From the NCBI GenBank assembly GCA_973895155.1, contig OZ316896.1, positions 18,588,754-18,652,753 on the forward strand: 64,000 bases of DNA, given 5' to 3'. Origin of the DNA: Marsupella aquatica. Taxonomy: Eukaryota > Plantae > Marchantiophyta. The position numbers were made by a program, and so were the translations under genes. Each line of letters opens with the position of its first letter. The first letter of the stretch is position 1. A model generated the notes under the pieces. The model did no database searches, had not been told where the DNA came from, and was given only the letters and a program-made list of their open reading frames with translations. This document shows positions 49,860 to 61,859 of this stretch, piece after piece.

Positions 49860-52800
49860 ATTAGATAAGATTTGAGGCCTCTTTCGATTGTCATTGCGCT
49901 TGCAAGTGGTCCTGTGATCGGCGCGTGAATTTCTACCATCGACTTGTCTGTCAAGCAACCTCCGACGCGCAATTGTTGTCGAAGGATCGAGTGTTGGGCT
50001 GTTAGAAAGAGAATTGGAGAGGAGTTGAAGTGGAAAGTTGTCGTAGTCGGGTGCCTTTCGCTTGCAAGACTTCGCTCGAGTCTCGTCATAGGAGCCTATT
50101 GATAGGTTTGGGCGTTTCGAAGAATTACGGTTTGCCGTCCCTTGAGCCGTTTCAGAGACAAACCACAAGGAGAGGGTCCCGTTGTTGCGTTGGGAATCTG
50201 GCTGGTTGGAAGGACGCAGCTAGAGGAGGCTGACAATGAGGACGAGGAGCTTTGTAACGTGAGCTTGACAAAAGGATAAGTGTTCCTTTTTTTGAGAGGG
50301 GTCAAAAGTGATTGTAGTACAGTGTAGGTTTTGTGGATTAAAAGCTTGGTCTATTGGAGGAGAGTGGACTCCCATCATCGATGAGCGTGGAAGGGAACGA
50401 TGGGGGATAAGTTGGAGGTTGGGGGCGGTGTTGGTGGGAGTGGTGAGCAGCAGACGTCTTCGGCCATCAATGTCTTTGTAACAGGGCAACCAGGTCTCAC
50501 TCATTCCCCTTTTGACTCTGATAAAAATACCCACCCTCTCTTTTGCTGCTGAAATGAGTACTGTGAATAGGTCCAAGATCATCATCAACCAGATTTCTCT
50601 CAGTCATTCCGACCCTAGACGGTCAGGTGTGGTGGAGGTTTTACAGTGCTCCTCAAGTAGGCAGACGACGAGATCCACGGTGCAAAGCTTAATTTCGTAA
50701 AGATAATGGGATGATCCAGGGATAAAGTGTTATTGAAGGCTTCTTAACGAGTTCATTGACACGTTGTGCCATATCATTCCCACCTATTGTCCCACTTTGT
50801 CCTCTTTCCAAAGTGATCGCCCTCTCTGAAGTGGGAACGGTTATGCTCTAGTGGTATTTTATACTTAGCTGTTCTGGAAGCATTTTTTAACAGGTCCGAA
50901 TGTTCTGTACTGTACTGGAAAAGCAGCAGTATACTCTTCCACACATAGTAAGAGTTGCCCGAAGGGGCCTGCAGTAAGCGATGGAGAGCATTATTTGGGT
51001 TCTTGTCAATGCACTTTGTTGGATTAGATACTTTCTGGTTACGTTTAAGAGTACAGGCTTGCATGGACCTGCATTGCATTCGGTATTTGGCGAGGATACG
51101 TTTGCTAATGAATGATATTGTTGGTCTTGTTGTCTGGATGTGGTCACATGTTACTTCTAACAGGCGTCGGAAAATCGTGGTAAGTAAAGTCCTGGCATTA
51201 CACACGATCAATCATCTGGCAACATTTTCGGTTTGCTCACTTCATTTGGTTTACTTCGTCAGTGAGTTCTTGTCCATTCGTCTTATAGAATGTGAACAGG
51301 ATGTCCTGTCACATACAAGGTGGCATATGGCGGCTTACGTTCAAACGTCTCATGAAGAATGTATCATGGGCTCCTCTAACGAGAATCAATCGCATGTTAT
51401 CGAAAACTCTTGTAACTTTCTGGACAGTAATGTGAAGTGTTCCTGTGTAAAATTTCAGTTTTCTGTGGTACCATGTTCTTAACAGAATGGTAATATGCTT
51501 TCTTTGATGCCTCTTGTGACCTTAGGTTGGTACTCAATGCTGCCAAGAAGCTACCCCAGGATGTCATTGCAGGATTCTACACTGTCGAGGCTCGGAATGA
51601 GAAAACCGGAGAAAAAATTGGCTTTGATATACGTATGCCCCACATCTGTGCTCTTTCAGTCTTCAATCAGCAGCCAGTATTTCTTGGGTCTTAGAATTAA
51701 GTACAGTAAGTGTTTGGAGAAAGTCAACCGCAGCGACCGGATACTAAGTTTGATAGTTCTACAAATGTGGGGACTGACTCAATTAGCTCTGCTCTGCTTG
51801 CCTCGGTGCGCACAGATTGTAACAATCTCAAGCAGTTGCACTCGATGGGGCCCACGGGATGTGAATGGATATTTCCGTTTAGATCCTGGTGGGAACTTAA
51901 AAAATATATTCGGGTGAAATGCGTTTGATTGCACCTTTTGCGCCAAAGAGGCAGCATAGTCTTATCAGGCTTTGAGTCTCCCTACTGTACGTAAGCCATG
52001 CACTCAGAGAAGGCTCTAGCGCAGGTATCAGAAACTGTGCCCAATATGGCTTCAGAGGAGATTCTATTTCGTTGTGATTGGTTGGGTTGATGATGCTTTT
52101 GAGGTAAGCAAAGCGTGCGACTCGGCTGGCACTTCCTCATTGGTATCCTTAATTCTTGTCATTAACGTGGATGTTGGAAAATTCCAGAGACATTTTCTGG
52201 AGAGCGAGCGCCATTATCCAGAATGCGCAGAGGTTGTGGTCCCAAAGTAAGTTATCTGACCTGCAAAGATGTCCTCAAGAGTTTGGGCTACATTGGACTG
52301 CATGAAGACTTGATTGCCTTCAAATGCCGAGGCATGGTGCATTGTCATGAAGTCTTTCTCTGTTTGAAAGACTTGAAAGACTTCCACCGATCCATGTGCA
52401 TGCGAACCTCGTGTAACCTGTATAGGTTGGGAAGTATTACTTTGCGCTTGACGATTTTGAGAGGGTTGCGCTACCACTATTAAAGCCCACAGACGGTATC
52501 AAGTTGCACATTATCGACGAGGTAAATGCCCAAGTTGATTGATGGATGTTTTTTTTTCCTTACGATTCTTGGGGCGAGTTCTCCATCTGCTTCCCGTGTC
52601 AGCTTTGTTATCTGCTTTGCGTCTGTCTATTTTCATCGATTGTCGTCAATGCGCAGTTAAAACTTGTGGTAGGTTTTATACTTGAATGGAAGGCGACGTG
52701 GAAACCCGTTGATGTAGACCGCCGAAATGATTGGTTGTCCTCAGGTGGGACGTATGGAGCTTCAAAGCGAGCGCTTTCGTGACGCCCTCACGGCGTTACT

Positions 52801-54430
52801 TTCTTCGTCTCAAACTGCTGTAAGACCTCTCTTTTACTTTCTAGTGCTTTTCTGTTGGGTCGGTGTACCAGTAATTAAGAACTTGAAGAGCAGAGTTGGT
52901 CGACTACGGGGCTTCATCACATGAATCTATTCCCGCAGGTTTTTGGATCTTTACGGGCTCCCCGATTTGGCCATGACTTGCAATTTGTGGAGGACATTAA
53001 ACAGCGGGAGGACACAGGTTAGATCCACTCCTTCGTAAGCATTATCAAATTTTGAACTTATTAAAGAAAATTTTCTCTTGAACTTTTGGAAAACTTTTAT
53101 CGTCCAGCCGAACATGTGGAACATATCTTGCATGGACTGTCAATTCTTTACAAGCAAATGACTTGCGATAGGTTCGTGTTGGCATATCAACCCTAAGTTG
53201 ATGTTTTCGATTTTGTGCAGCAACATTGACTCTTACGAAATCTAATCGAGATGCAACGGCCGCAAAAGTGGAGGCAATATTGATGAACATTGTGGGATCT
53301 CCGTCTGTTGCTGGAGAAGCACGCAGGAGAGACCAGACGGAAACTCTGCCCACTACAGATCAAGACACGAATGCATTCGACACCTCAAAGTTTTTAAACT
53401 CCTACGGTACATCAGGTTGGCCATTGTTCTTACCTTCTTGACCTCCGTGAATTTCAATTCTATGCCCTACTCTTTTTCTGAGATGAAAACTGGTTTGTGG
53501 GTATGGCTTTGATGATTAGAAGTATCTGCAGTGCTTGATAGGAAAAAGAAGCAACCTCCGAGTTCACTGCTTGAAGTTGTATGCGTTTTAATTTTCGTTT
53601 GTGGGTGGCATTTTATGCCTGCAGAAGAACCTGACATGAAGCGGACAAAAATATCTCAACCCTCAGAGTGATATATTCATTGTTCCTACAGTGATCTATA
53701 AATTGAGGTATTTGAGAGCGCATCTTGAGCAAAATTTCTGAGCTTGTACATAACATACAGTGGCTAGAGAGCATACCTGAAAGGGTACGCTTCAGTAGAA
53801 TTATTCGTGGAGTGGAAACTGCAGATCACCCATGAAATTTTTGTGAGTTTCTCGGACTCTATTCTCGTCGAGGGAACACAAGACAGTTCCAATCTAGATG
53901 CTGTCAAGCTCTAAGGTCATGAAACTGTATACCAGTAGCACTCGGTGACATGACACGAGCGTCAAATTTCAAGTCACACGCGGATCTGAAAGACGCAGGG
54001 TGCAAGAACATTTGTTTTTCCTGTGAACGGGATTAAGGAATGGGGACCGCCACCGGTGCAAAGCTATTTCTTTCTCGTCATTTTCATTTTCAGTGTTGTC
54101 AGCCCAAGTCTTTCCAGAGAACGGCTTCATATCAACTCAGCGACACAACCGGTAGTGAGACGGATGAGCAGAATGTGAAATTACCGTTAGTCCAGTTTCT
54201 ACGGCCACAGTCAGGGTCTCAAATCAGTTGTCTGGACATTCAAAGGCAAGAGTCTGTCTTACTGAAGGGACTTTTAAAACTGAGTGACGTAGTTTTGTTG
54301 GACGACAAAAGCCGGATAGGGGTAGATCTCGTTGTTTTTTAAGCTGCCTAGATTTCAATAATTGAATGCGGTCAGCTCATTGCATATGCAAGGGGGTATT
54401 CAAGTTTTTTCAGCTGTTTCGTATCCATAT
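49860..54430 (-). pseudogene. Endogenous viral element: decayed L (RdRp-PRNTase) gene of a Mononegavirales/rhabdovirus-like virus
   Basis: Motifs in the correct order on the minus strand across frameshifts: KLEYPL (~54390); VWSLLR (~53330, GHP region); LDDKSF (~53100); pre-A KALESKRE..F (52850); motif A IDDNR[W] (52650); LPNLYRLHEV (52430); motif B AFEGNQ (52325); motif C GQ[G]DN (GGTCAGATAAC, 52261); motif D IHVNDK (52170); FAYLKSII..SPLK (52110); VTGHP (51315); RSNM*PHPDNKT (GxxT region, 51150); NALHR (50990). Confidence 0.75.
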
Positions 54431-54879
54431 TTGTACACTGGTGACTGGCTTCTGTTCGTAAGGAGAAATCGCAGGCGGATCTTGTACGGTAAAAGGCGGA
54501 AAAAATGGCCCAACAGCTCTGGGTACACCACCTATCAAGAGATATGATGGGATCCCGGGAAGCTTACTCTAGGGGTCTACAATTAAATGCTTTGAAAGCA
54601 ATCATTTTTCTGTAGCGACGATCTCCCAACTAGTAATGCTGGTCGCGCCAATTATCATCTACCGGAGCTTTTTAATACCATAAATTTCTCACCTCTGGTT
54701 AGAATCGAATTGTAAATTTGGATGGTATACCAAATGGCGAATCCTCGAAACGCACGGCTATTGTTACATGAAGCTCCAGTATTGAAGCTCTACGTCAGCA
54801 GTCCACTCAGGAAACGTTTGAACCAAATTAAGGCAGTTTCTGACGGTAGCTCCGTATTTAGCCTGGGTTTAAACGTTCT

Positions 54880-55727
54880 CTTCCATTAATAGTTGAATCG
54901 TAGACTTCCCTTCGATTCCGCTAAAGATTGCTTATCACCTACGCTCCTTCCCTCCAAAAACTTTTCTCTAGCACTTATTATGATGTAGGAAACGCTTGCA
55001 GTCCAACGCAGAGAAAGACGATCTCTGATGTGCATCTCTCCAATTACTTTTTTTTGCCTTGAACCATCCAATTGAATATGCAGCTCTCCAATTACTTCGG
55101 ATGCGATCCTCTTCTGGACGCGGAGAGGCTGCCAACAACGGCAACCATCCAATACAACTTTCATACTGAGTGCAAAGCTTTTAATTAAGGAGATGCCAGG
55201 CTCCCATCAAGTTGCATCATGGTGAATACGGAGAACTCTTCCTAAGGGAATCTACTTTGCTCGGTTTGCCAGTGGTGCACACTTCAGCGACACCGTCGGG
55301 AAGAAAGTTCTTACAAATGTATGTAACGTACCTACATAGTGGTATGGAATCATGCAAAAGCCTCGGGATATGGTCATCAGGTTTCTTGCTTTCGAGCGAT
55401 CGAGGCACCATAATGTTTTTGGGCAGAATTCTTGTCGACGTCTCCTGTGATCGACGTCTCCTGTGATGCGGTTGCCTACTCTTTGTTGGGTACTCATAAG
55501 TGAGCAACGAACGGTAACTTGACATGGCAAGTTTCGATCGCGACCGAATGAAAAGGTCCACTGCCAAGATGGGGCGTCCAATACTGCCAAAGCTTTCCCA
55601 TAATGTCGTGCCTTGTCCCGTGGTAAAGTCGGCTCTGCCGTGTCCGACAAAAGCCGGCTTTGTAACTATATTGTAGACGCACGATCCTCTTTGGACTGCT
55701 TGTATCGTTCGAGATTCCGTTCCCCAT
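54880..55727 (-). pseudogene. Decayed viral gene, possibly nucleoprotein (N)-like
   Basis: Intronless broken ORFs (55727-55494, 55567-55217). DSLRKSSPYSP*CN resembles the rhabdovirus N motif GLSxKSPYSS--N. Same strand as, and adjacent to, the L remnant. Confidence 0.45.
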
Positions 55728-55899
55728 TTTGTTAGAATTTCTTTGTTTTGCGCTCTATTTGTCGTCCACTATGTTGACAAGTAATTGCGTTCCTTTGTTT
55801 TGCGCTCTATTTGTCGTCCACTATGTTGACAAGGTATTGCGGTCCTTTGTTCGAAGATCACATTCATAACCACAACAAGAATATGAGGGAGACATGAAT

Positions 55900-58800
55900 A
55901 GTTGAGACAGTCATGATCATCATTTCATTCTATGAACAGGGCAGTGTTCTGACAATTCTACTGTGCTTACCAAACTCCCGAAAGGTAAGAAGAGCCAATG
56001 AGGCAATGTTGCGAACACACTAGAATTAGATCAAATCCCAGACTCAGACGAGCTCTGCCCGGACCCCATTTACAAACGTCGTCAGCACAGACGCAAAGAC
56101 AGCAGACAGTATTGTGAGCACCTGAGTGGCACTCACCAATCAAGTACCACGGAGTCTTCCATGGTTGAAACCGGCTAGAGACTAGCTGTTCACGTCAGTG
56201 TCAGTGATGCTGGCTCTGGTTTGCATAGGAACCGAAGAATCCTTTCGAGATTTCCACCAAATTCAGTCGGAGGGTAGATTTTTCAATGGTAGAGGGGTGC
56301 GAGTGCAAATGTCATACAAAGTTCACGCAGTCGCTTAATTCACAAAGCTTGCTCGACCACAACATCCACAAGGGAGACACGACTCACTACGTTTCTACTA
56401 TATGTTTCTAATCAAAGATGCCTGGAGTAGTTTTCATTCAGACAGGTGCCTTGTGTCTTGTCCTCCTCTCCTACGGTCGATTCCCGAATTCAAGAAACAA
56501 CCACACTGACAAATTGAATTGCCTAGACCTCTGCCTCCCCAGGCGAAATCCCTGTGGAAGCTGAATGTCATCGTCGTCTAGGACAAGAGCATTAACTTTA
56601 AGACGGCTACTCTGAACTATACAGACTCCAATGAGAGACATCCTTTTTCAATTATTTGATTCAACATCATGACAATTAAGAGGAGCCATGGGCAGGAGTT
56701 GCAGTGATTGCAAAAGCCCTGACGTGCGAATGCTCCCTTGTCGGTGACAAGTGATTGCAAAAGCCCTGACGTGCTAATGCTGCCTTGTCGGACCTCGTCA
56801 CCGACATAAAGGGACGCTGAGGTACCGAGCGTTCCGTGTTGTTCCGAAGAGTGCACGCTTATTTAGAAAAGAAATTCCTTTCACAAAAATATAGGCTCCT
56901 AATTGTCTGGCAAAATAATCAACCCAGAGTCGCCCAGATCAGCATTTCGTAAAAGTTAGAGATACTCCAGCAAGGCAATAGCAGAGGGCTTGATTCGGAC
57001 TTTCAATGGGTGCTTGTTATGCAACTTAGGTGATTCGCACACAATCCTGATCAGCATGGTAAGATTGTGGTATAATGATGATCACAAAGAGTAGGGTGCG
57101 CTTGGTCAGGCTGATAATGCACGCGAAGGCCTGATGACTAGAAACTTGATGATGTCAATATCTGCTATCGTTTTTCGTAGAAATAGGCTCTCTATAACAC
57201 CAACGACCTCGTGAGAGATTGACGTAGATTTCAAGCAAAGAGAGTTTGTGGGGAACGCGATACATGTATTGAATAGCTGGTAAATCCGTGTTGCCACGGG
57301 CAGACTTGTACTTACAAAGCCGTAGTAGGTCATAACTTCACCATCCTTGAACTGGCCACCTACGGTCTGGATCAATGTCTACAAACCTCGTCCTCCAATC
57401 TTGCGAGGTTTCAGGGCCGTTCTCGATGGGATCCAGCAGCATCCTCCCACTCCCATGCTCTTTCCACCTCTTAGAAGCTTCCCTAAACCAGATCTTCGAG
57501 GTGCTCTCAACGGGAGCTTCGACTGTAGTCACGGACGCTGCCGGATTCCACATCTTTATGACCTGCGTGTTGTGTCTCTTCGAATGGATTTTCGTCACCA
57601 AGCTTTGCTGTTCTGGTTTCATGCTGAAAGCCGCTATAGAAGAAGCGCACCTACGCTTGGTAATGGCTGGTCCTGGCTCCTCGAATTCGGTATCGCTGTA
57701 CCATCCCGGCTCTACTACACGATTGATGGGAACGTGATCCCGACCAGGAGCTCGAAGTATTCCGCTACGGGAGCTAGACTTTTTTCCGAATAACCTCGCC
57801 AACAATGAGATACTGCTAACACGCTTCCGGCGCATGAATTTCCACACCCTCACTCTAAACACTTTCACCTCCATCGCTGCAGCAATCGAGAACTACTCCT
57901 ATCCTCTTCGCTTCGAAAACGAAGGGTTCAATTAAAAGTCCAAGCTCCAACTCTCTCTATCATACCAAAGTCACCACACCACCATCCTCCATTGCGTGCT
58001 CCAGCCGCTCGCCTCCTTTGGGTGGCAGGCAGATATCACGTTCCTTGCTAGTAAAACCAGTGGTGTGGGCTCTGTGGTGGCAGCGTAACAGCACAATTGT
58101 AGTAAGTACAACAAACAAGGTGGTGGTACATCGTCCCTGCTCTAGCCAGCCGTATGCTGACAAGCAATGGTTTGCCCAGCAAGGACTTCAACCCTGATCA
58201 GAGCAGAATTGGTCAGAGTACCACGAGAAATCCTCAACCTCTCGCCAATCCGGACAGTCCGAAAATCGCAAATGAATAATTCAACAGCATTGCGATCATC
58301 ATCATCCTCAGTTGCTATATCGCGCCTGGCTGCCAGTCCTGCATGAAAACGAGCCCAGTACAGAGCTCAGTAGCGCAACAGGAGATTCACCCAAATCTCA
58401 ATCGACGCAAAAACTGTGATCCTTCACAGCCGTTACTCTTGCCCAACGATCTCAAATGGGGCTTCATGAATTTTCAGCGTCCATGTGTGCCGATGAATCG
58501 ATAATACTGCCGCTATGTCAGGCACTACGGCATGCACTGAGATCTGTATGCAGTCTTTCTGAATGGACTTCAAATGGATATTTCGACGACGTACACAATT
58601 AGTAACGGCACGACGACAGCACGCTAGACAACTCAGGCGGAGCTCCGTCTGATCCTCACAACGCCAATCGAGGTTGAGCTTGATTTAGCGACCAAGTTAG
58701 TGATTTGCGTTACTGCAGCTGCGAGTACAGGAACACTGGACCCGAACTTGTCTCGGCCAGCCCCCAAGTTATTGGTCCCAGTGACAGAACCAGACGGCAT

Positions 58801-59380
58801 CAATCGATCTACTGTAGGTGCTCGGGATGAAAATGGGTGGGAAGGCGTGCTAGAGTAGAGAGTACTCAGTGAACCTTGAAGGATGGACTCAGTGAAGACA
58901 GCACCGTGAGCAGCGCACAATCCTCAGCGCACACTAGAGTAGCTCTTTGATTCCACCTATAGTCCTACAGTGATCACCTTGCTCGAAAGCCTACAGCAAG
59001 CTTCCAATCTATAGTCCTACAGTGATCACCTTGCTAGAACGCCTACGGCAAGCGACACTTCTGGCCTGGACTGAACCTTTTCCCAACTGTCTGGCGAAGG
59101 TCGAGCACTCCACCCCGCATCCAGAAGCCGCTCGATGTGTTTTGGATTCTTGAAGAGGTGACAGAGGCCGGCGAATGTTGCAGATCGTTTGATGGATTGG
59201 CGTCATTGACCCATATTTGGACGGGATCGACGGCAGCCGCTCGTGTGGTGGGGACGTGTGGTACATTATTTCGCTTTTCAGGACCCTCAAGCAAGTTTCA
59301 CAGATTGTGTAATTTATTGATTGTATATCACACGAGATCCAGTAATAATGGGGGAAAAGGGGGACACACCAACGAAGCCT
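55900..59380 (-). pseudogene. Further intronless decayed ORFs, probably upstream genes of the same viral genome (57874-57106 possibly a 30K-type movement protein)
   Basis: ORF 57874-57338 (178 aa) joins 57375-57106 by a frameshift. More broken coding-like frames at 56856-56617 and 58920-57960. No introns or TE motifs seen; same orientation as L. Confidence 0.35.
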
Positions 59381-59385
59381 GTGAG

Positions 59386-59446
59386 TCCCTAACAACGTTA
59401 GGCCTTAAATAAACCCTAAACCCTAACAACGTTAGGCCTTAAATAG
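59386..59446. repeat. Short duplication enclosing telomere-type CCCTAAA repeats at the right edge of the viral-like block
   Basis: CCCTAACAACGTTAGGCCTTAAATA x2 separated by AACCCTAAA. Confidence 0.75.
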
Positions 59447-60309
59447 AAAACCATCATCTGTATACAAAGAATACAAACCAAAACAAGGGACCAAAAAACA
59501 CCCCAAAACAAGATATTTGCGAGCCGCAAGCCAAGAGCTAACAAACTAATGTACGGGAATCTTAGTTTGTGTTTTGGTAGAATGGTAGGTGTTATATTTT
59601 AAGTGGAGTTAACAACCACAAAAAGGACTAAAACCCCACTAAGTAGCTACCTAAACTAAAACACTACTGTACATCAAATTGAATAGCCTGTTAAAGCTCA
59701 CGAGGAAACAGCATGTAAGGGTAACCAAGAGTAATATCAAGTGCTTCACTAACCCCTTCTCTTCACGTCTTTCTGCCACGATCTCTCATGATCCGCCTGC
59801 CCCTCTTACAGATAGCTCTAACAGATAGATCAGATCAATCACTTTAAACAAATACAGCTGGGATTGAGTACTTCGAATCCAAGCAAAGGACCCCCTCTGC
59901 AAATGGGAGCTGCGAACGATGACAATAGCCAGCCGGGACGAGCCTTCAGTTTGAAGCCTGACTTCACTGTTGAAAGAAATGGGCTATGTCTACACACGAA
60001 TTGGGATCAGTTCACGTGTAAATGATTCTCCAGAATCTCATATCATATGCATTTGTCATGTAAGTACTGCTGACGCAAGTATATAATTATGCGGCCTGAC
60101 GCCCAACGTCACGAGCAAGTCTCTACGAGCTATAATTACTGATGCATTTGGGTCCACTGGATGACTGGAGAGTCAGTCCTAAGATCATATCATTGATTTG
60201 CACCAAATTTAGAAGTACATTAGTAGATTCATAGATAGAAAGCACGGTGCTCCATCTTTGGTGCGGTGAACCATTGAGTACGTTCACTTTTTGAGGGAGG
60301 GTGGGGCGA

Positions 60310-60359
60310 CTCTGACGATCCATGCTACCTCTCCTCTGTATTTGCATGGATCGTCAGAG
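60310..60359. other. Perfect 16-bp-stem hairpin
   Basis: CTCTGACGATCCATGC (60310-60325) pairs with GCATGGATCGTCAGAG (60344-60359). Confidence 0.85.
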
Positions 60360-61379
60360 GACTGTTCAATTGCAGAAGGCTCTGGATATGGACGTGCAAC
60401 CCGAAACAGGAGTACCAACTCTACTGTGCTGGCTGTGCCATGAATTGGCATGGCAGTGCACAAAAGGAGCTTTGGGCCAGGCTATGGGCAAAGGAGCTAT
60501 GGGCAAAATTGGGGAGAGGGCTGGCAGGAGGAGGATAGAGAAGAGGCACCTGAGCAAGGATGGATCGATGAAGCTAACCTGCAAGCATGAGAGAGAGAGA
60601 GAGAGAGCTCTTCAGCAGCAAAGCAGCTGCCTGTGCGATGACGAGAACCTCATGAGTAGTAACTTAGTGTTTCAGGAGCATTTTGCACATTAGACGGCAT
60701 ATGGCAGTGCAATCTTTCTGCACCTTGGCGACTGGAAACGTGATCATGATGATGGTGTCTTTTGGGGGTTTCGAACATTAGACTTTATAGCAAAGAAATC
60801 GAAGGTAACAGCCTATTTTTTAAGTGTAAATTTTAGCCAAATTCCACCTCCCCAATTTTGGCTGATATTCGCTAGCTTTTTTTAACACCATTAGCCACTC
60901 TTCCACCAAATCATGGACCCCATTAGCCAGAATGTAACCGTTCTCCTTAAATCAAGGGATATCTGACAGTCACTATTTACTTAGTAAAATCTTCTAGAGA
61001 ATATTCCTAGATTCTCCTCCCTTAGAGAAGCAAACATTAGCCACACTGGCTAAACATAAAAAAAACCTTAAAAAATACACTGGAAGGTAACCTTGTAACT
61101 GTTGTCCATTGGGTCGGGTCCTTCCATTCAGAGCCACCCATGAGCAAGAGTTTAGGGTTACCCTAAACCCGCACACATAAGGTAACGCTGCACAAATAGG
61201 GATGGAAGACATGAGAGCGTTTTCACATTTTAAATTTACATTTGGTGCCCAGATCCACATAATTGGAGAGTTTGGTCTACATTAGTCATCCCACCAAGCA
61301 TACCACAATGATAGCAATCTTCATTGTGACAAGTGAGGTTGTTTAGAAGTTGAACAACTTTTGCACAACCCTTATCCCA

Positions 61380-61850
61380 AAGTGGGTTCACCAATGCCCC
61401 TTTGCACACTCAAGAATTGACACTTAAAAAAAATTTGAAGGTCATTCTCTTGTCACCTAAATGGAAACAGGTAGGCTAGGAGCATCTACGAGTGGGACGT
61501 GGGGGTGCTAATAAACGGGGTTCACTAAAGCCCTTTGCGCACAAAAAATGCGACACCTAGTAAAATTGGAGGTCACTCTCTTATCACCTAAATTGAACTC
61601 TTCTAAGAATAAGTCTCAAGGGGTTGTAATATATAAGATTTCCAATACTGTTGGCTTGAGTCAAGGATGGGCACAAGTATGGAAAGGGTCACCAGAGCAC
61701 TTGATAAGCAAAAGGCTTGACAATTGAAAAAACTTGTAGGTCACTCCCTTATCACCTAAATTGGACTCTTTTAAGAGTAAGCCACAAAGGGTTGTAATAA
61801 ATGAGTTTCACAGGAAGACCTGAATCAAGAATGGGCACAGCACAAGGAAG
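61380..61850. repeat. Three diverged tandem units (GGTCACTCTCTTATCACCTAAATTG core)
   Basis: Core at ~61440, ~61571 and ~61739. Confidence 0.75.
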
Positions 61851-61859
61851 GCAGATGCG

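Noticed and set aside
50100-50170. FVSETAQGTA as the L methyltransferase GxGxG motif
   Set aside because: Too divergent and closer to the HR motif than expected; the C-terminal domains of L cannot be supported.
55217-55400. HD...PD..EVCTT..K read as a bunyavirus cap-snatching endonuclease
   Set aside because: The downstream polymerase motifs (KxxExK, LPNLY..HE, GQ[G]DN, FxYxK, ALHR) fit Mononegavirales L better, and spacing puts the L start near 54.4 kb, so this frame belongs to a separate upstream gene.
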